This document shows positions 1 through 11,112 of a DNA stretch of 64,000 bases, one piece after another (the stretch's first letter is position 1; each line of letters opens with the position of its first letter). The position numbers were made by a program, and so were the translations under genes. Under the pieces are notes generated by a model. That model had not been told where the DNA came from. It did no database searches and was given only the letters and a program-made list of their open reading frames with translations. This DNA is from an uncultured Gemmatimonadales bacterium (lineage in GTDB: Bacteria > Gemmatimonadota > Gemmatimonadetes > Gemmatimonadales > GWC2-71-9), in contig CAVZZO010000003.1 of assembly GCA_963779755.1 (NCBI GenBank), positions 352,001 through 416,000 on the forward strand, in the 5' to 3' direction.

Positions 1-1648
1 CATCTCGCAGCCGATCAGCACCACACCTGCCCGGGGTCGGCCCTCCTGGCCCGTCCTTCTGGTCGCCATCTGGGCAGCCGGCGCGCTCATTCTGCTGGGC
101 CGTCTGGGCGTAGGCGGCTTGGTGGTGGCCCGGCTGGCGCGCCGGGCCACCCCGCTGGATGTGCCGGAATGGACTCGTCCACTGGTGGAGGGAGCCGACC
201 GGCTGGGGCTGCCTCGGCTTCCCGCGCTCCTGATGAGCCATCGGCTCCCGATGCCGTTCGCCTGCGGGCTGTTCCGTCCCACCATCATCCTGCCTGCCGG
301 CGCCGACGAATGGGACGACCGGCGGCGCCGCGCGGTGCTCTGTCATGAGCTGGCCCACCTCCGCCGGCTCGACCTGCCGGTGAGTCTGCTGGGCCAGATC
401 GCCTGCGCCGTGCATTGGTTCAATCCGCTGGTGTGGATGGCCGTGCGCCGGATGCGTATCGAGAGCGAGCGGGCCTGCGACGACCTGGTGCTGGGTGCCG
501 GCACCCGGCCCTCGGAGTATGCCGACCATCTGCTGCAGATCGTCTGCCGTTCCGCCCGTACCCGGCCCCCCGCCGTGGTTCTGCCCATGGCCCAGCGCCG
601 GGAATTCGAGGGACGTATGCTCGCCATTCTGGAGCGCGATGCGCGCCGCGAGCCGCTCACCCGGCGGCGCGCGGCCGGTCTCGCCGCGCTGACACTGGTC
701 CTGGTGCTGCCGCTGGCCGCGCTGGCCCCCGCGACGGGATCCTCCGCCGCGAAGCTGCCGGAGCCGGCGTCCCGGAACACTTCAGAGACGGCGGAACCCC
801 TCCCCACGACCACCAACCGGGAGGTGCGGGTGGACTCGTCCACCTCTACCCCCAGCCATCGGGAGCAGGAGACCCGGACGGTGACCTCCAACTCAGCCGC
901 GCCGGCACCAACGCCCGCTCCCGCGCCTCAGCCCTGGGACGGGAAGATTCGCAACCTGGCCGCCGCCGCAGCCGACACGAACGATCCACGGGTGGTAACG
1001 GGGCTGCTCCACGCGCTGGAAGATTCCGTACCCGCGGTCCGCGCCAATGCGGCCTTTGCCCTGGGGGAACTCGCGATCCGGTCCGCCGCGGGCCCCATGG
1101 CAGCCCGCCTCCAGCGGGAATCGAACAGCCAGGTCCGCGACCGGATCATCTGGGCCCTGGGCCAGTTGGAAAGCCGCGACGCCGTGCCCGCGCTGCAGCA
1201 AGTCATTCAGCGGGATTCCAGCGAAGAGCTTCGCAGCAAAGCCGTGTGGGCCCTGGGGCAGATTCAAGATCCCGCGGCCCTCCCCGCCCTGATCACCGCC
1301 CTGGGCGATCGCTCGCCGGAGGTGCGCGGGAAGGCAGCCTGGGCGCTGGGCCAGCTGGAGCCTCGAACCGCCCCGAAGGAGCTGATCGCCGCGTTGCGGG
1401 ATGGCTCCGCCGAGGTGCGGCGGCAGGCCGCGTGGGCGCTGGGCCAGATCGAGGACACCGCGGCGGTCGCCGGACTCATGACCACGCTGGGCGACAGCGT
1501 GACCAAAGTCCGGCGCACGGCGCTCTGGGCACTGGGCCAGATGGAGAGCCCAGTCACCCAGCCGGCCCTGCTCCGGGCACTCAACGATCCGGACCCTGAA
1601 ATCCGCGCGGCCGCAGCCCACGCTCTGGGTAACACCGGCGGCAACTGA
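1..1648 (+). CDS. BlaR1/M56-family metallopeptidase with C-terminal HEAT repeats (5' end outside window)
   Basis: HELAH zinc motif, HWFNPLVW...ESERACDD M56 signature, repeated AxWALGQ HEAT units; frame is open upstream of the 119 ORF start. Confidence 0.85.
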   Translation, partial: ISQPISTTPARGRPSWPVLLVAIWAAGALILLGRLGVGGLVVARLARRATPLDVPEWTRPLVEGADRLGLPRLPALLMSHRLPMPFACGLFRPTIILPAGADEWDDRRRRAVLCHELAHLRRLDLPVSLLGQIACAVHWFNPLVWMAVRRMRIESERACDDLVLGAGTRPSEYADHLLQIVCRSARTRPPAVVLPMAQRREFEGRMLAILERDARREPLTRRRAAGLAALTLVLVLPLAALAPATGSSAAKLPEPASRNTSETAEPLPTTTNREVRVDSSTSTPSHREQETRTVTSNSAAPAPTPAPAPQPWDGKIRNLAAAAADTNDPRVVTGLLHALEDSVPAVRANAAFALGELAIRSAAGPMAARLQRESNSQVRDRIIWALGQLESRDAVPALQQVIQRDSSEELRSKAVWALGQIQDPAALPALITALGDRSPEVRGKAAWALGQLEPRTAPKELIAALRDGSAEVRRQAAWALGQIEDTAAVAGLMTTLGDSVTKVRRTALWALGQMESPVTQPALLRALNDPDPEIRAAAAHALGNTGGN

Positions 1649-1729
1649 CGGCTGAGAAACGGGACAACCCGTTCCTCACAGAGTATTCCCGTATTCCGTG
1701 ATGCTGAAATTTCAGCACCATCAGAGGAG

Positions 1730-3298
1730 ATGCTCATAATGCTCACCGCATCCAACAACTTCTTCGCGCTCACCGCAGGGCTGGCCCTCATGTGCAGCCT
1801 GCGGTCCGGCGGCACGGCAGATCAGGCTACCGTGCGCGCTCCCCGGAGCGACGAGGCGGAGCTGGCGCGTACCGTCCTGGCCGCCTCGCGCGGAGCTCCT
1901 CCCCTGCTCTGCGCGCTGGCCACTCGTGCGGTGGAGTCCCGCTACGGCCGCTGGAGCGGGTTCCCCCCGCCCGCCGGCGGCTCCGATACCCTCCCTGCGG
2001 TACGCTGGGCGCTGAGCGACGATCCGGGCGCCGCTGCCCTACCGGTCCTGGTGGCGGCCCTGAATGACGAGGATCCCTGCGCCCGCGGCCTAGCCGCGCG
2101 GCTGATCTCCCGGTCGGAGGATCCCGCGGCCGCGGCCGGCATGCTGCGGGCGCTCTCCTCCTCCACGCCGGGAACCCGGGTCGCGGGAGCCGTGGCGCTG
2201 GGAATGGCGGAGGTCCCCGGTGCGTTGCAGCCGCTCCTCAACCGGCTGGGCGACGGCGACGCCGCCGTGCGCGCCACCGCCGCCTGGGCGTTGGGAAACT
2301 ACGATTCCCTCCGTGCCGGACCGGCGCTGCGGATGCTTCTCCGGGATCCTGTCCCGATGGTGCGAGGCGCCGGGGCTCGCGCGCTGGGACGGCTGGAGGA
2401 CACCACGGCGGTCGAGGCGCTGGCGCGGCTGCTGCGCTCGGACTCGGATGAGCGCGTGCGTATCGCCGCCGCGGAGGCTCTGGGGCAGATCGAATCGCGC
2501 GCCGCGGTGGGGGCGCTGACGGACGCCCTCGCCGACCGGAGTGCGGATGTTCGCCGCACCTCCGCCTGGGCTCTGGGGCAGATCGAATCGCCCGATGGGG
2601 TGCCGGGACTGATCCACGCCCTGGACGATGCCGATCACGAGGTGCGCGAGACGGCGATCTGGGCGCTGGGCCAGATCGAAGACAAGACGGCGGTGCCGGC
2701 CCTCTCACAGCGGCTGCAGCGCGACAATTCGCCGACGGCGCGCAAGCAGGCGGCCTGGGCCCTGGGCCAGATCGAAGATCGGTCGGCGGCCGGCGCGCTG
2801 GGCCACGCGCTGCAGACCGACACCAATGCCGAGGTTCGCAAGACCGCCGCGTGGGCTCTGGGACAGATCGAAAGCAGAGATGCCGTTCCCGCGCTCTCCG
2901 CCGCCCTGCGAGACAGTTCGGCGCAGGTGCGGGCGACCTCCGCCTGGGCCCTGGGGCAGATCGAGCCGGATCACGCCCCCGACGGGCTGGTTCCCGCCTT
3001 GAAGGATGGCTCGGCCGATGTGCGCAAGAACGTCGCGTGGGCCCTCGGCCAGATCGAGGACCGCGGCACCATCCCCGCGCTCCGGGATGCGCTGAAAGAC
3101 TCCGATGGCGAGGTTCGCCGCACCGCGCTGTGGGCGCTCTCTCAGATGGACGACGACTCCGCACGGGAGATATTCGTCGACCAGCTCAAGAGCGATGACC
3201 CGCAAATCCGCGCGGCCGCTGCCCGGGCGCTGGGCCACGGCAGCGCCGGCCCGCGTCCCCGGCCGCATCCCCGGCCCCAGCCGCGTCCCTTCCCATGA
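1730..3298 (+). CDS. HEAT-repeat (PBS lyase-like) protein
   Basis: Many tandem VRxxAAWALGQIE repeats; exact start uncertain. Confidence 0.85.
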   Translation: MLIMLTASNNFFALTAGLALMCSLRSGGTADQATVRAPRSDEAELARTVLAASRGAPPLLCALATRAVESRYGRWSGFPPPAGGSDTLPAVRWALSDDPGAAALPVLVAALNDEDPCARGLAARLISRSEDPAAAAGMLRALSSSTPGTRVAGAVALGMAEVPGALQPLLNRLGDGDAAVRATAAWALGNYDSLRAGPALRMLLRDPVPMVRGAGARALGRLEDTTAVEALARLLRSDSDERVRIAAAEALGQIESRAAVGALTDALADRSADVRRTSAWALGQIESPDGVPGLIHALDDADHEVRETAIWALGQIEDKTAVPALSQRLQRDNSPTARKQAAWALGQIEDRSAAGALGHALQTDTNAEVRKTAAWALGQIESRDAVPALSAALRDSSAQVRATSAWALGQIEPDHAPDGLVPALKDGSADVRKNVAWALGQIEDRGTIPALRDALKDSDGEVRRTALWALSQMDDDSAREIFVDQLKSDDPQIRAAAARALGHGSAGPRPRPHPRPQPRPFP

Positions 3299-4032
3299 TC
3301 AGGGGCGCCTCAGGCCTCCGATGGCGAAGGGCGGCCCTGCTGGGCCTGCTGCTGCCCGCGCCCACCGCCGCCCAGCAGCCCCGGCTCCATTGTGGGCCCT
3401 GGGCGGTGGCCGGCGGCACTCACGACGGCACCCAGCGCTGGCGGCCGGCAGGGAGCGCCGTCAGGCCCCTGATCCTGCTGGTGACAAACGGTAACGGAGA
3501 AGCCGCCGACACCCTGTTCGCACGCTACCTGGCGAGCCAGGGATACGATGTACTCCGGGCGGGAGGCAGCCCGTCGCGCCTGAGCTCCCTGCTTCAACGC
3601 CTGGCGACACCGGGACAGTCGGCCGCCGGTGTGGCGGTGCTGGGATCAGGGAGCGGTGCCCAGGTGGCGGGTGTGATCGCGCGCCGAGTCGCGGCCGTGC
3701 GGGCGCTGGTGGAGATCGAACCCGCTGCCGGAAGCCCGCCGCTGCCGCCGAGGATCTCGCTGCTCCGCTTTCGGCGCCCCGGCTCGTCGCAAACGGTGAC
3801 GCCTCCCGGGACGGAACGCCTCGTCGTCGTCACCCCGTCGAACGGCCGTCCCCATCATGCCGGCGTGACGCACGCATTCCTGGATCGCGTTCTGCGCGGG
3901 CTGGGCGAGCCCCTGCCGGTGCTGGCCCAGCGGCTTCAGCGCGCCGGCCTCCAAGCCGGCGCTTCGGATGCCGTCCGCCGCGAGCCGGCCCCACAGACAC
4001 GGAGGGTGCTGCGAACGGCCGCACGGCAGTAG
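3295..4032 (+). CDS. Hypothetical exported protein, possibly degenerate alpha/beta-hydrolase fold
   Basis: ATGA overlap with upstream gene, signal-like N-terminus, YLASQGYDV and GSGSGA segments. Confidence 0.5.
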   Translation: MIRGASGLRWRRAALLGLLLPAPTAAQQPRLHCGPWAVAGGTHDGTQRWRPAGSAVRPLILLVTNGNGEAADTLFARYLASQGYDVLRAGGSPSRLSSLLQRLATPGQSAAGVAVLGSGSGAQVAGVIARRVAAVRALVEIEPAAGSPPLPPRISLLRFRRPGSSQTVTPPGTERLVVVTPSNGRPHHAGVTHAFLDRVLRGLGEPLPVLAQRLQRAGLQAGASDAVRREPAPQTRRVLRTAARQ

Positions 4033-4099
4033 ACTTCCCGGCACAGGCCGAGCCTCACCCCGCCGTTAACACGGCCGCGTCCCCGGCGTCACCTGAGCC

Positions 4100-4990
4100 A
4101 TGCGACCTTCAACAATCGCCCTCCTTTTCCTGATCGCAGCCGTAACGCCTGCCGGAGCCCAGCAACTCCCGCTGGGCGACGGCCACGTCTCCGACCATCC
4201 TGAAACCGGTTACGTATATGCGTGCCAGAGCAGCTTCCGGGTTGGCGGGGCCCGTCACGATGGACCCTGGATTCAGGATGCCCGCTGGGATCCCGCGGCG
4301 AAGCCGCACGTGAGCGGGCGGGTCATGTGGCCGCAGGCCAGCTTTGTGATGTCGTCTTCCCACGGCGACGCTCTGCTGATGGTTGAGGGCAACGGGCTGC
4401 CGGTGAATCAGCCGACGGGCACGTTCCCGATTTCCCCGAGTGACCCTGTCTACCGCTACGATACCAATCCCAACACAATTGCCGGGCAACACCTCGACTT
4501 CAGCATTCCCGCGGCGCCGGAACGGGCCGACCGGCCGAGTTGCCTCCCCATGGGCATGATCGGGTTCACCACCACCGGGGTCGCCATCTACAACGCCCTG
4601 GACGACGCCGGGCGCGATGCGGCCGCCCACGAAATCCAGGACCTGTGCGACGGCCATCCCCAGGCCCGGGGACAATACCATTACCACAGCAGCTCCCCTT
4701 GCCTCCCCGGGGCCGGAAGCGATTCCGTGGTGGGCTGGGCGCTGGACGGCTATCCCATCCTGGGGATGCGCGACGCCCGCGGGACTCTGCTGACCAATGC
4801 CCGCCTCGACGCGTGCCACGGCCGCGCCGAGTCGCTCACGGTGGATGGCCGGACCTACGACTACGCCTACCGCCTCACCCGGGAGTATCCTTATATGCTG
4901 GGGTGTTACCGGGGAACCGTGCCTTCGACTACTCTCCGGGCCATTCGCCGGGGGCTGGGTCCGCCGCGCCGCGGCGCGGGACACCCGTGA
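4100..4990 (+). CDS. YHYH-domain secreted protein
   Basis: Signal peptide, CDGHP...YHYH, GWALDGYPI and LDACHG motifs. Confidence 0.85.
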   Translation: MRPSTIALLFLIAAVTPAGAQQLPLGDGHVSDHPETGYVYACQSSFRVGGARHDGPWIQDARWDPAAKPHVSGRVMWPQASFVMSSSHGDALLMVEGNGLPVNQPTGTFPISPSDPVYRYDTNPNTIAGQHLDFSIPAAPERADRPSCLPMGMIGFTTTGVAIYNALDDAGRDAAAHEIQDLCDGHPQARGQYHYHSSSPCLPGAGSDSVVGWALDGYPILGMRDARGTLLTNARLDACHGRAESLTVDGRTYDYAYRLTREYPYMLGCYRGTVPSTTLRAIRRGLGPPRRGAGHP

Positions 4991-5037
4991 GAACGCTGCC
5001 CTGAGACCCCGACGTCGGCGGCAGAGCAATGCGACAC

Positions 5038-6546
5038 TTATCCTCGGCGGGTGCCGCCCAGAATGCCGCCCAGGATGCCGCGCATGATCTGGCGGCCGAC
5101 CTGGCTGCCGACGGTGCGCGCAGCCTGCTTGGCCATGGCCTCCACCATGCCCTGGCGGCGGCCGGTGCCCCAGAGAAGACTGTTGAGGCCGCCGCCCTGG
5201 TGTGGCTGGGATTTCCCCGCTTCCCCCCTGGGTCCCTGAGGGGCCGGGGCGGGAGCGGGCGCCCCTTCCGCGGCCGCCGCCCGGCGGCTCAGGATTTCAT
5301 AGGCCGATTCGCGGTTAACCGCGGTGTCGTACTTCCCTCCCACCGGGCTGCGTGAGCGTATGGCGGCACGTTCTTCGGTCGTGATCGACCCCATGCGGCA
5401 GCGCGGCGGACACATCAGGGTACGCTCGACCGGGAGTGGTATCCCCTTCTCCTGCAGGGTGGATACGAGGGCCTCCCCCACCCCGAGTTCCGCGATGACC
5501 CTGGCGACGTCGACCCCCGGATTGGCGGCGAAGGTCTCTGCGGCAGTACGGACCGCTTTCTGGTCTCGCGGGGTATAGGCCCGCAGGGCATGCTGGATCC
5601 GGTTGCCGAGCTGTCCCAGGATCTCGTTCGGTACGTCGTCCGGGAACTGGGAACAGAAATACACCCCTACGCCCTTGGAGCGGATGATGCGCACTACCTG
5701 CTCCACCCGCTGGCGCAGGGCGGGGGGCGCATCATCGAAGAGGAGATGTGCCTCATCGAAGATGAATATCATCTTCGGCCGTTCCAGGTCCCCGACTTCC
5801 GGGAGGTTCTCGAACAGCTCGGAGAGCAGCCACAGGAGAAAGCTGGAGTAGAGGTGCGGCTGGAGAACAAGCTGGTCGGCCGCGAGAATGCTGATGACGC
5901 CGCGGCCCGAGAGATCGGTGCGCATCAGGTCGGCCAGGTCCAGCGCCGGCTCGCCGAAGATGCCTTCCCCACCCTCCCGATCGAGGCCCAGCAGGGCGCG
6001 CTGGATGGCCCCGACGGACGCGGTGCTGACCAGGCCATAGCGGGTGCTGATCTCCTGTCGGTGCTCGGCCACGAAGCCCAGCAGGGCGCGGAGGTCGTCG
6101 AGATCGAGGAGCAGCAGACCCTGGTCGTCCGCCAGCTTGAAGCCGATCTCCAGCACGCCCTCCTGGGTGCCGTTGAGCTCGAGGATCCGGCTCAGCAGGG
6201 CCGGCCCCATTTCGCTCACCGTGGTTCGGACCGGGTGCCCCAGTTTGCCGAACAGGTCCCAGAAGAGGACGGGACTTCCTTCCGGGGCATACCCCTCAAT
6301 ACCAATCTGCTGCACCCGCTGCTGGATCTTCTCGTTGGCGGCCCCGGGCATGGCCAGTCCCGCGACATCGCCTTTCACGTCGGCCATGAAGACCGGAACC
6401 CCGAGCCGCGACAAGCCCTCGGCCAACAACAGCAGCGAGACGGTCTTGCCCGTTCCGGTGGCACCGGCCACCAGGCCGTGCCGGTTGGCATACCGGGCCA
6501 GCAGGTAGACCTGGTGTTCACCGTTGCCGAGGAGGATCTCGTTCAC
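5038..6546 (-). CDS. HerA-like ATPase, DUF853/YjgR family
   Basis: NRHGLVAGATGTGKT Walker A, FIFDEAHLLF Walker B, C-terminal RGILGGILG. Confidence 0.9.
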   Translation of the reverse strand: MNEILLGNGEHQVYLLARYANRHGLVAGATGTGKTVSLLLLAEGLSRLGVPVFMADVKGDVAGLAMPGAANEKIQQRVQQIGIEGYAPEGSPVLFWDLFGKLGHPVRTTVSEMGPALLSRILELNGTQEGVLEIGFKLADDQGLLLLDLDDLRALLGFVAEHRQEISTRYGLVSTASVGAIQRALLGLDREGGEGIFGEPALDLADLMRTDLSGRGVISILAADQLVLQPHLYSSFLLWLLSELFENLPEVGDLERPKMIFIFDEAHLLFDDAPPALRQRVEQVVRIIRSKGVGVYFCSQFPDDVPNEILGQLGNRIQHALRAYTPRDQKAVRTAAETFAANPGVDVARVIAELGVGEALVSTLQEKGIPLPVERTLMCPPRCRMGSITTEERAAIRSRSPVGGKYDTAVNRESAYEILSRRAAAAEGAPAPAPAPQGPRGEAGKSQPHQGGGLNSLLWGTGRRQGMVEAMAKQAARTVGSQVGRQIMRGILGGILGGTRRG

Positions 6547-6712
6547 AGCGGAACCTCTGCTTCAGGAGGTGATGGCCGAGCAGATCGCGGCAACCGGGTT
6601 TCCAGTTTCGGAGGACTGACCGCTGCCGGCGGACCGGAGGAGCCGGTGCGGTAGGATATGAGTATGGGCCCGGCAGGTCCAGTAGCTCGCGCCGGCGTTG
6701 GCCTGCTCCCCG

Positions 6713-7219
6713 TCAGCGGTCGGGGGGAGCTTCGGGCCAGACCGCATCCGGGCTCGCGGGCGGCGGTTGATTGGCGGACACGTTGTCGGCCCGGATCTCT
6801 GACATGAGGAAGTCTTCCGGCGCCACCGGCGAGCCGCACAACCGCCGCAGCATGGCCAGCTGGCCGACATGCGTCATGGCGTCGGCGAAAGGCCCCTGCA
6901 GCAGTTGTTCCTCCGTGGTGTCATGCAGCCGCCCCCCGCCGGCCAGCCGGCCCGAGAGATCGTCCAGCATCTGGTGGAATCGCGCGACCTCGGCATCCAG
7001 GTCCCGGAGCGGCTCCGGACGATACCGGCCGCCGGTGAAGCGGGTGAGGGCGTAACCCAGGACGCTAGTCATGTGCCTAACCAACTCCGACGGCGTGCGG
7101 ACCTGATGTCCTGCCGTGAAATCACCGAAGCCTACGGGAGCCCCGCGCAGGGCTTTCTGGGTCCGGTAGGCAAGCGCCGCCAGGAAGTGGCGCAGCATCT
7201 CGCGCCGGGCATCGGGCAT
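6713..7219 (-). CDS. DinB-like four-helix protein
   Basis: LRHFLAALAYR...DAMTHVGQLAMLRR motif; ATG at 7219 with upstream GGAG. Confidence 0.7.
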   Translation of the reverse strand: MPDARREMLRHFLAALAYRTQKALRGAPVGFGDFTAGHQVRTPSELVRHMTSVLGYALTRFTGGRYRPEPLRDLDAEVARFHQMLDDLSGRLAGGGRLHDTTEEQLLQGPFADAMTHVGQLAMLRRLCGSPVAPEDFLMSEIRADNVSANQPPPASPDAVWPEAPPDR

Positions 7220-7309
7220 GGTCGGTCTCCGATTGACGGCGGCCCCCGGGCAGCACCATTCGCTGCGGTCCCGCCGGGCCAATGGACAGCCGAGTTGGTA
7301 GCGCCGGGT

Positions 7310-7630
7310 TCAGTGCCGGGCTGCAGTCCGCCGCGCCTGCGCGGCCGCCCGTCGGCCCGCCGCCAGTGCCGACAACACCACCGTGCTCAACACCAGTGCC
7401 AGGCCGCCCAGGATAAAGACAAAGAGCAGCAGCATCCAGGCCGCCGACCAGTCGAGACTGCCCGCGAAGGTGGGCAACGCCGCCGTGACAATCAGCATTC
7501 CGGCGGCAACCGCGCGGATCACGTGCCATATCCGAGGAGCGCGGGCCTTTACTCTACCCGCAGCCACGGCATCATACACTCCGAGGGCGGCCAGCGCGGC
7601 CACGACCAGAATGGAAAACCAGGTGACCAT
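7310..7630 (-). CDS. Small membrane protein
   Basis: Three hydrophobic segments; GGAGGAG RBS upstream. Confidence 0.6.
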   Translation of the reverse strand: MVTWFSILVVAALAALGVYDAVAAGRVKARAPRIWHVIRAVAAGMLIVTAALPTFAGSLDWSAAWMLLLFVFILGGLALVLSTVVLSALAAGRRAAAQARRTAARH

Positions 7631-7821
7631 AGATATCTCCTCCGCGTGTGTTCCGGGGGGAGGGCCCGGCGTCCCCCCCAGTCAACCTTGGGAGCTGGCG
7701 CTGCGCTTGCCTCCGATCCGCTGCGCCGTATCACCCGCGGTGCGGCGAGCGCCACCGGGCGCGAGCCGCTTCCGCCCTCCACGCCGTCGGCGGCAGGGTC
7801 CCGGTAGATGGCGGGTCGCGA

Positions 7822-8163
7822 TCAGCCCCAGAAGATGCCCGTCGGGTCACGCTCCACCTCACGAAACAGAATTCCGAACGACCCGGCAACCGGCAGCGGC
7901 TCGTATGAATGCCATTTGAGATCGCTCCGCTGGCAGTACAGCTGCCATAGCTCGCGCGTGGCATTGTATCGGAACTTGGCCACCGCGTGCTCCAGCCACT
8001 CGCTCGGATCATTCCAGGCCGGTCTCACCTCGAACAGCACGACATCGCTCCCGGAAATTCGAAACCCATGGCGCAACTGATGCCGCACGCGCTGGGGGAC
8101 TCGGTCGCAGAACGCCGCAAGCTCCCGCTCGATCCGCTTGCGATCCAGATCGCGAATGGCCAT
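7822..8163 (-). CDS. DUF3024-family protein
   Basis: WQLYCQRSDLKWHSY...DPTGIFWG C-terminus; ATG at 8163 with GGAG RBS. Confidence 0.75.
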   Translation of the reverse strand: MAIRDLDRKRIERELAAFCDRVPQRVRHQLRHGFRISGSDVVLFEVRPAWNDPSEWLEHAVAKFRYNATRELWQLYCQRSDLKWHSYEPLPVAGSFGILFREVERDPTGIFWG

Positions 8164-8403
8164 GTAATCTCCGTGTGTGACAGGGGAGGCCAGGCGCCTC
8201 GCGAACGATCGGCGCTTCAGCGGCCCGGGGCCGCCTAGGCCCCCCGACGCCGTGGCCGGCGACGAGGAGAACTGCTGCACCAGCCCGGGCAGTGCAACCT
8301 TCCCAGGACTGGTCGCCGGCGGCCGCGGCGACGCGCCGAGGTCGACTCAGCGCCGTCCTGTGCGGGGGCGACGCCGGCACTGAACCGTTAGAGGCGCTCC
8401 CAC

Positions 8404-9093
8404 TCAGCCCTTGTCGCTACCGATGACTCGATAGATCCCGGCTCCGAGCACACCGCCAATGACCGGAGCCACCCAGAACAGCCACAGCTGCGAAATCGCC
8501 CAACCGCCGGCGAACACCGCCACGCCGGTGCTGCGCGCGGGGTTCACGGAAGTGTTGGTAACCGGGATGCTGATCAAGTGGATCAGGGTAAGGCACAACC
8601 CGATTGCGATCGGCGCGAAACCCTGTGGCGCCCGTTTGTCGGTAGCGCCAAGAATGACGAAGAGAAACATCATCGTCATGACCACCTCTGTTATCAGGGC
8701 GGCCAGCAGGCTGTACCCGCCTGGCGAATGGGCGCCGTACCCGTTCGACGCGAAGCCTGCAGATAGATCGAAACCTGCCTTACCGCTGGCGATGAGATAC
8801 AGAACACCACCCGCCGCGATGCCACCCGCGACCTGTGCAACGATGTAGGGTAGCAACTCCGTCGCCGGGAACCTACCACCGGCCCAGAGACCTACCGACA
8901 CCGCCGGGTTGAGGTGGCAGCCGGAGATGTGCCCGATGGCGAAGGCCATGGTGAGCAGGGTCAGGCCGAATGCCAGTGCGACGCCCAGCAGGCCGATGCC
9001 GACATTAGGGAACGCGGCGGCCAGAATGGCACTGCCGCACCCGCCAAGCACCAGCCAGAACGTTCCGATCAACTCCGCGCCATACCGTTTCAT
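8404..9093 (-). CDS. aqpZ: Aquaporin Z
   Basis: [12 protein letters not shown] and [13 protein letters not shown] motifs; [11 protein letters not shown] loop typical of AqpZ. Confidence 0.95.
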   Translation of the reverse strand: MKRYGAELIGTFWLVLGGCGSAILAAAFPNVGIGLLGVALAFGLTLLTMAFAIGHISGCHLNPAVSVGLWAGGRFPATELLPYIVAQVAGGIAAGGVLYLIASGKAGFDLSAGFASNGYGAHSPGGYSLLAALITEVVMTMMFLFVILGATDKRAPQGFAPIAIGLCLTLIHLISIPVTNTSVNPARSTGVAVFAGGWAISQLWLFWVAPVIGGVLGAGIYRVIGSDKG

Positions 9094-9609
9094 ACGCTAC
9101 TCCATTCTCATAGGAGGAGCAGGCAATCGAGCCTTTCGGCTCAGGGGACGCTTCGATCGGACTTCCCGACAGATCTCAGGTCGCGGCGCCGCCGTCACAC
9201 TCCGGGAGGACCATGAAAGACTCGCACCGCCGCCCGATCATCAGGTACCAACTGGCAGGCGCGGCAACGGACCTGAACGGCCACCATCCGTCCCACAAGA
9301 TTGGGCCGCGGCCGGGACTTGGCAACGGAGGGGCCGGCGAGCCGTCCCAAGCACTGGTGGGTCAGCCGGCGCTCGATGCCCGGAATGCGCGATGCACGCC
9401 GTCGGCGTCAGCTCCCACCATCGCTGACACGGTCAACCCCGTCGCCAGCCGCAACAGTCCGTGGAGCAGGGCCAGCAGCACAGCCAGCAGCAATGCGCCA
9501 CGAACCCGGTTGCCCACCCCCCATTGGTGACCTGTGCGGGCCACCTGCGCGGTTTCGCCAGGTTCGGCCGACTTGAACATGATGGTCGTGCTGATTCCGA
9601 TTGTCCGGG

Positions 9610-9996
9610 TTATTGGCCGGCAGGCGGTTGCCACAATTCTACCTTGTTTCCTTCTGGATCGATGACCCAGGCAAACGTCCCGTACTCGGACTCGTCGACC
9701 TTCTCGAGGACGTTGCAGCCTTCTTCGCGTAAGACTCTGACCAGAGCGTAGAGATCCTCTACCCGGTAGTTGACCATGAAGGTTGAGTTGCTGGGCGCAA
9801 ACTGGTCACCTTGTGCCGAACCAATAGACCACACGGTAGTTCCGGTAACCGGCTTACCTTCACCGTCGGTCCAGGTGAAAACCGTGCCGCCCCATTCCTG
9901 GACATCGATTCCCAGGTGCCGCTTGTACCACGCCTGGAGTGCCGGAGCGTCTTTGGCTTTGAAGAAGATGCCGCCAATGCCAGTGACCCGCTTCAT
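9610..9996 (-). CDS. VOC/glyoxalase-family protein
   Basis: RVTGIGGIFFK...YGTFAWVIDPEGNKVELWQP. Confidence 0.85.
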   Translation of the reverse strand: MKRVTGIGGIFFKAKDAPALQAWYKRHLGIDVQEWGGTVFTWTDGEGKPVTGTTVWSIGSAQGDQFAPSNSTFMVNYRVEDLYALVRVLREEGCNVLEKVDESEYGTFAWVIDPEGNKVELWQPPAGQ

Positions 9997-10494
9997 AGAG
10001 CCTCGGAGGTCGGGTGGTGGTGAGGGAGAGTGTATCGTCTGCCGCTGACGAAGTGCGCGAGTGCTGCGGCGCCCTGCCGACTTGCGTCAAGAACCTACGC
10101 TGCCGCAGCACGGCGGCTAGATCGCCGGGCCCTACTCCAATGGGTCGCAGCACCGGCCTGGAGAACGGTGCGCTTGATAGGCGACGCAGAAGACCTCCTG
10201 CCAAGTCGACATGGGCGCCCGTGACGCGGCAGTTGGCCTCAGAACGTAGCTGCGGCCGTTGGGTGCCAGAGAACTTCCCACAAGTGGCCATCTGGATCCC
10301 GACAATTGCCCGAGTAGATGCCCCACGGGCGCTTGCGGGGCGGCTCAGTACGGCTCGCGCCTGCCGCGACTGCACGCTCCAGCAGGGCGTCCACCTCTGC
10401 AGCGCTCTCCGCAAGGTACCCGAGACTGAACCCGTGGGGGCGATTCGGCGATGCCAGTGTCCTTCACCAGCTCGCGGCGTGGATACAACGCTAA

Positions 10495-10680
10495 CATGAG
10501 ACCACCCTGCATCTGAATCCTCGACGTCCAGCACCTTGCGAATCTCGACCTCCGCCTCGCCGTTGGAGGAGAGCTTCGGCGCGCGCTTCACCGACTCGAT
10601 CGCTTCTTCCAGCGACTTCACCTGAATGATCGAGCAACGAGCTCCGCACCCTGACCCTGGAAACGATCCGTCCTCGTGCA
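10495..10680 (-). pseudogene. YciI/DGPF-like C-terminal fragment
   Basis: IIQVKSLEEAIESVKRAP...EVEIR segment without an intact N-terminus. Confidence 0.45.
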
Positions 10681-10710
10681 CCGTAGGGGGGTCCGCAAAG
10701 GAGTGTCCCG

Positions 10711-11112
10711 ATGCGTATCACACTGCGACATGCTCGTCTGGCCGCCACCTGGGTGCTCGGCCTGTATCTGGGCTGGATCTACGTACACCAGGGTTGGATC
10801 AAATTCGATCCCAATGGATTCTGGACAACAGCGTTCGCTCGCTGGAACTATCCCGACTGGCTGCGCCTCCTGGTTGGCAGCATCGAGGTTGGCGGGGGAC
10901 TGTGTCTGATCGTCCCGTGGCTGGCGAGCTACGGAGCCATTGGCCTCCTGGCGGTCATGGGTGCTGCTTGGATCACTCGAGCGCAAGGTGCACACTGGGT
11001 TGACGTTGCGTGGATCACGGCCTACATGATCGGCCTTGCGTGGATCGCGGTGCAGTGGCGGGACTGGCGGCTTCGCCTGACGCCTCTCGGAAAGCGTGTC
11101 GCCGCTGGCTAA
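10711..11112 (+). CDS. DoxX-family membrane protein (cassette, opposite orientation)
   Basis: GWIKF...FARWNYP...VGSIEVGGG DoxX pattern; stop overlaps the attC TAAC at 11110. Confidence 0.75.
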   Translation: MRITLRHARLAATWVLGLYLGWIYVHQGWIKFDPNGFWTTAFARWNYPDWLRLLVGSIEVGGGLCLIVPWLASYGAIGLLAVMGAAWITRAQGAHWVDVAWITAYMIGLAWIAVQWRDWRLRLTPLGKRVAAG

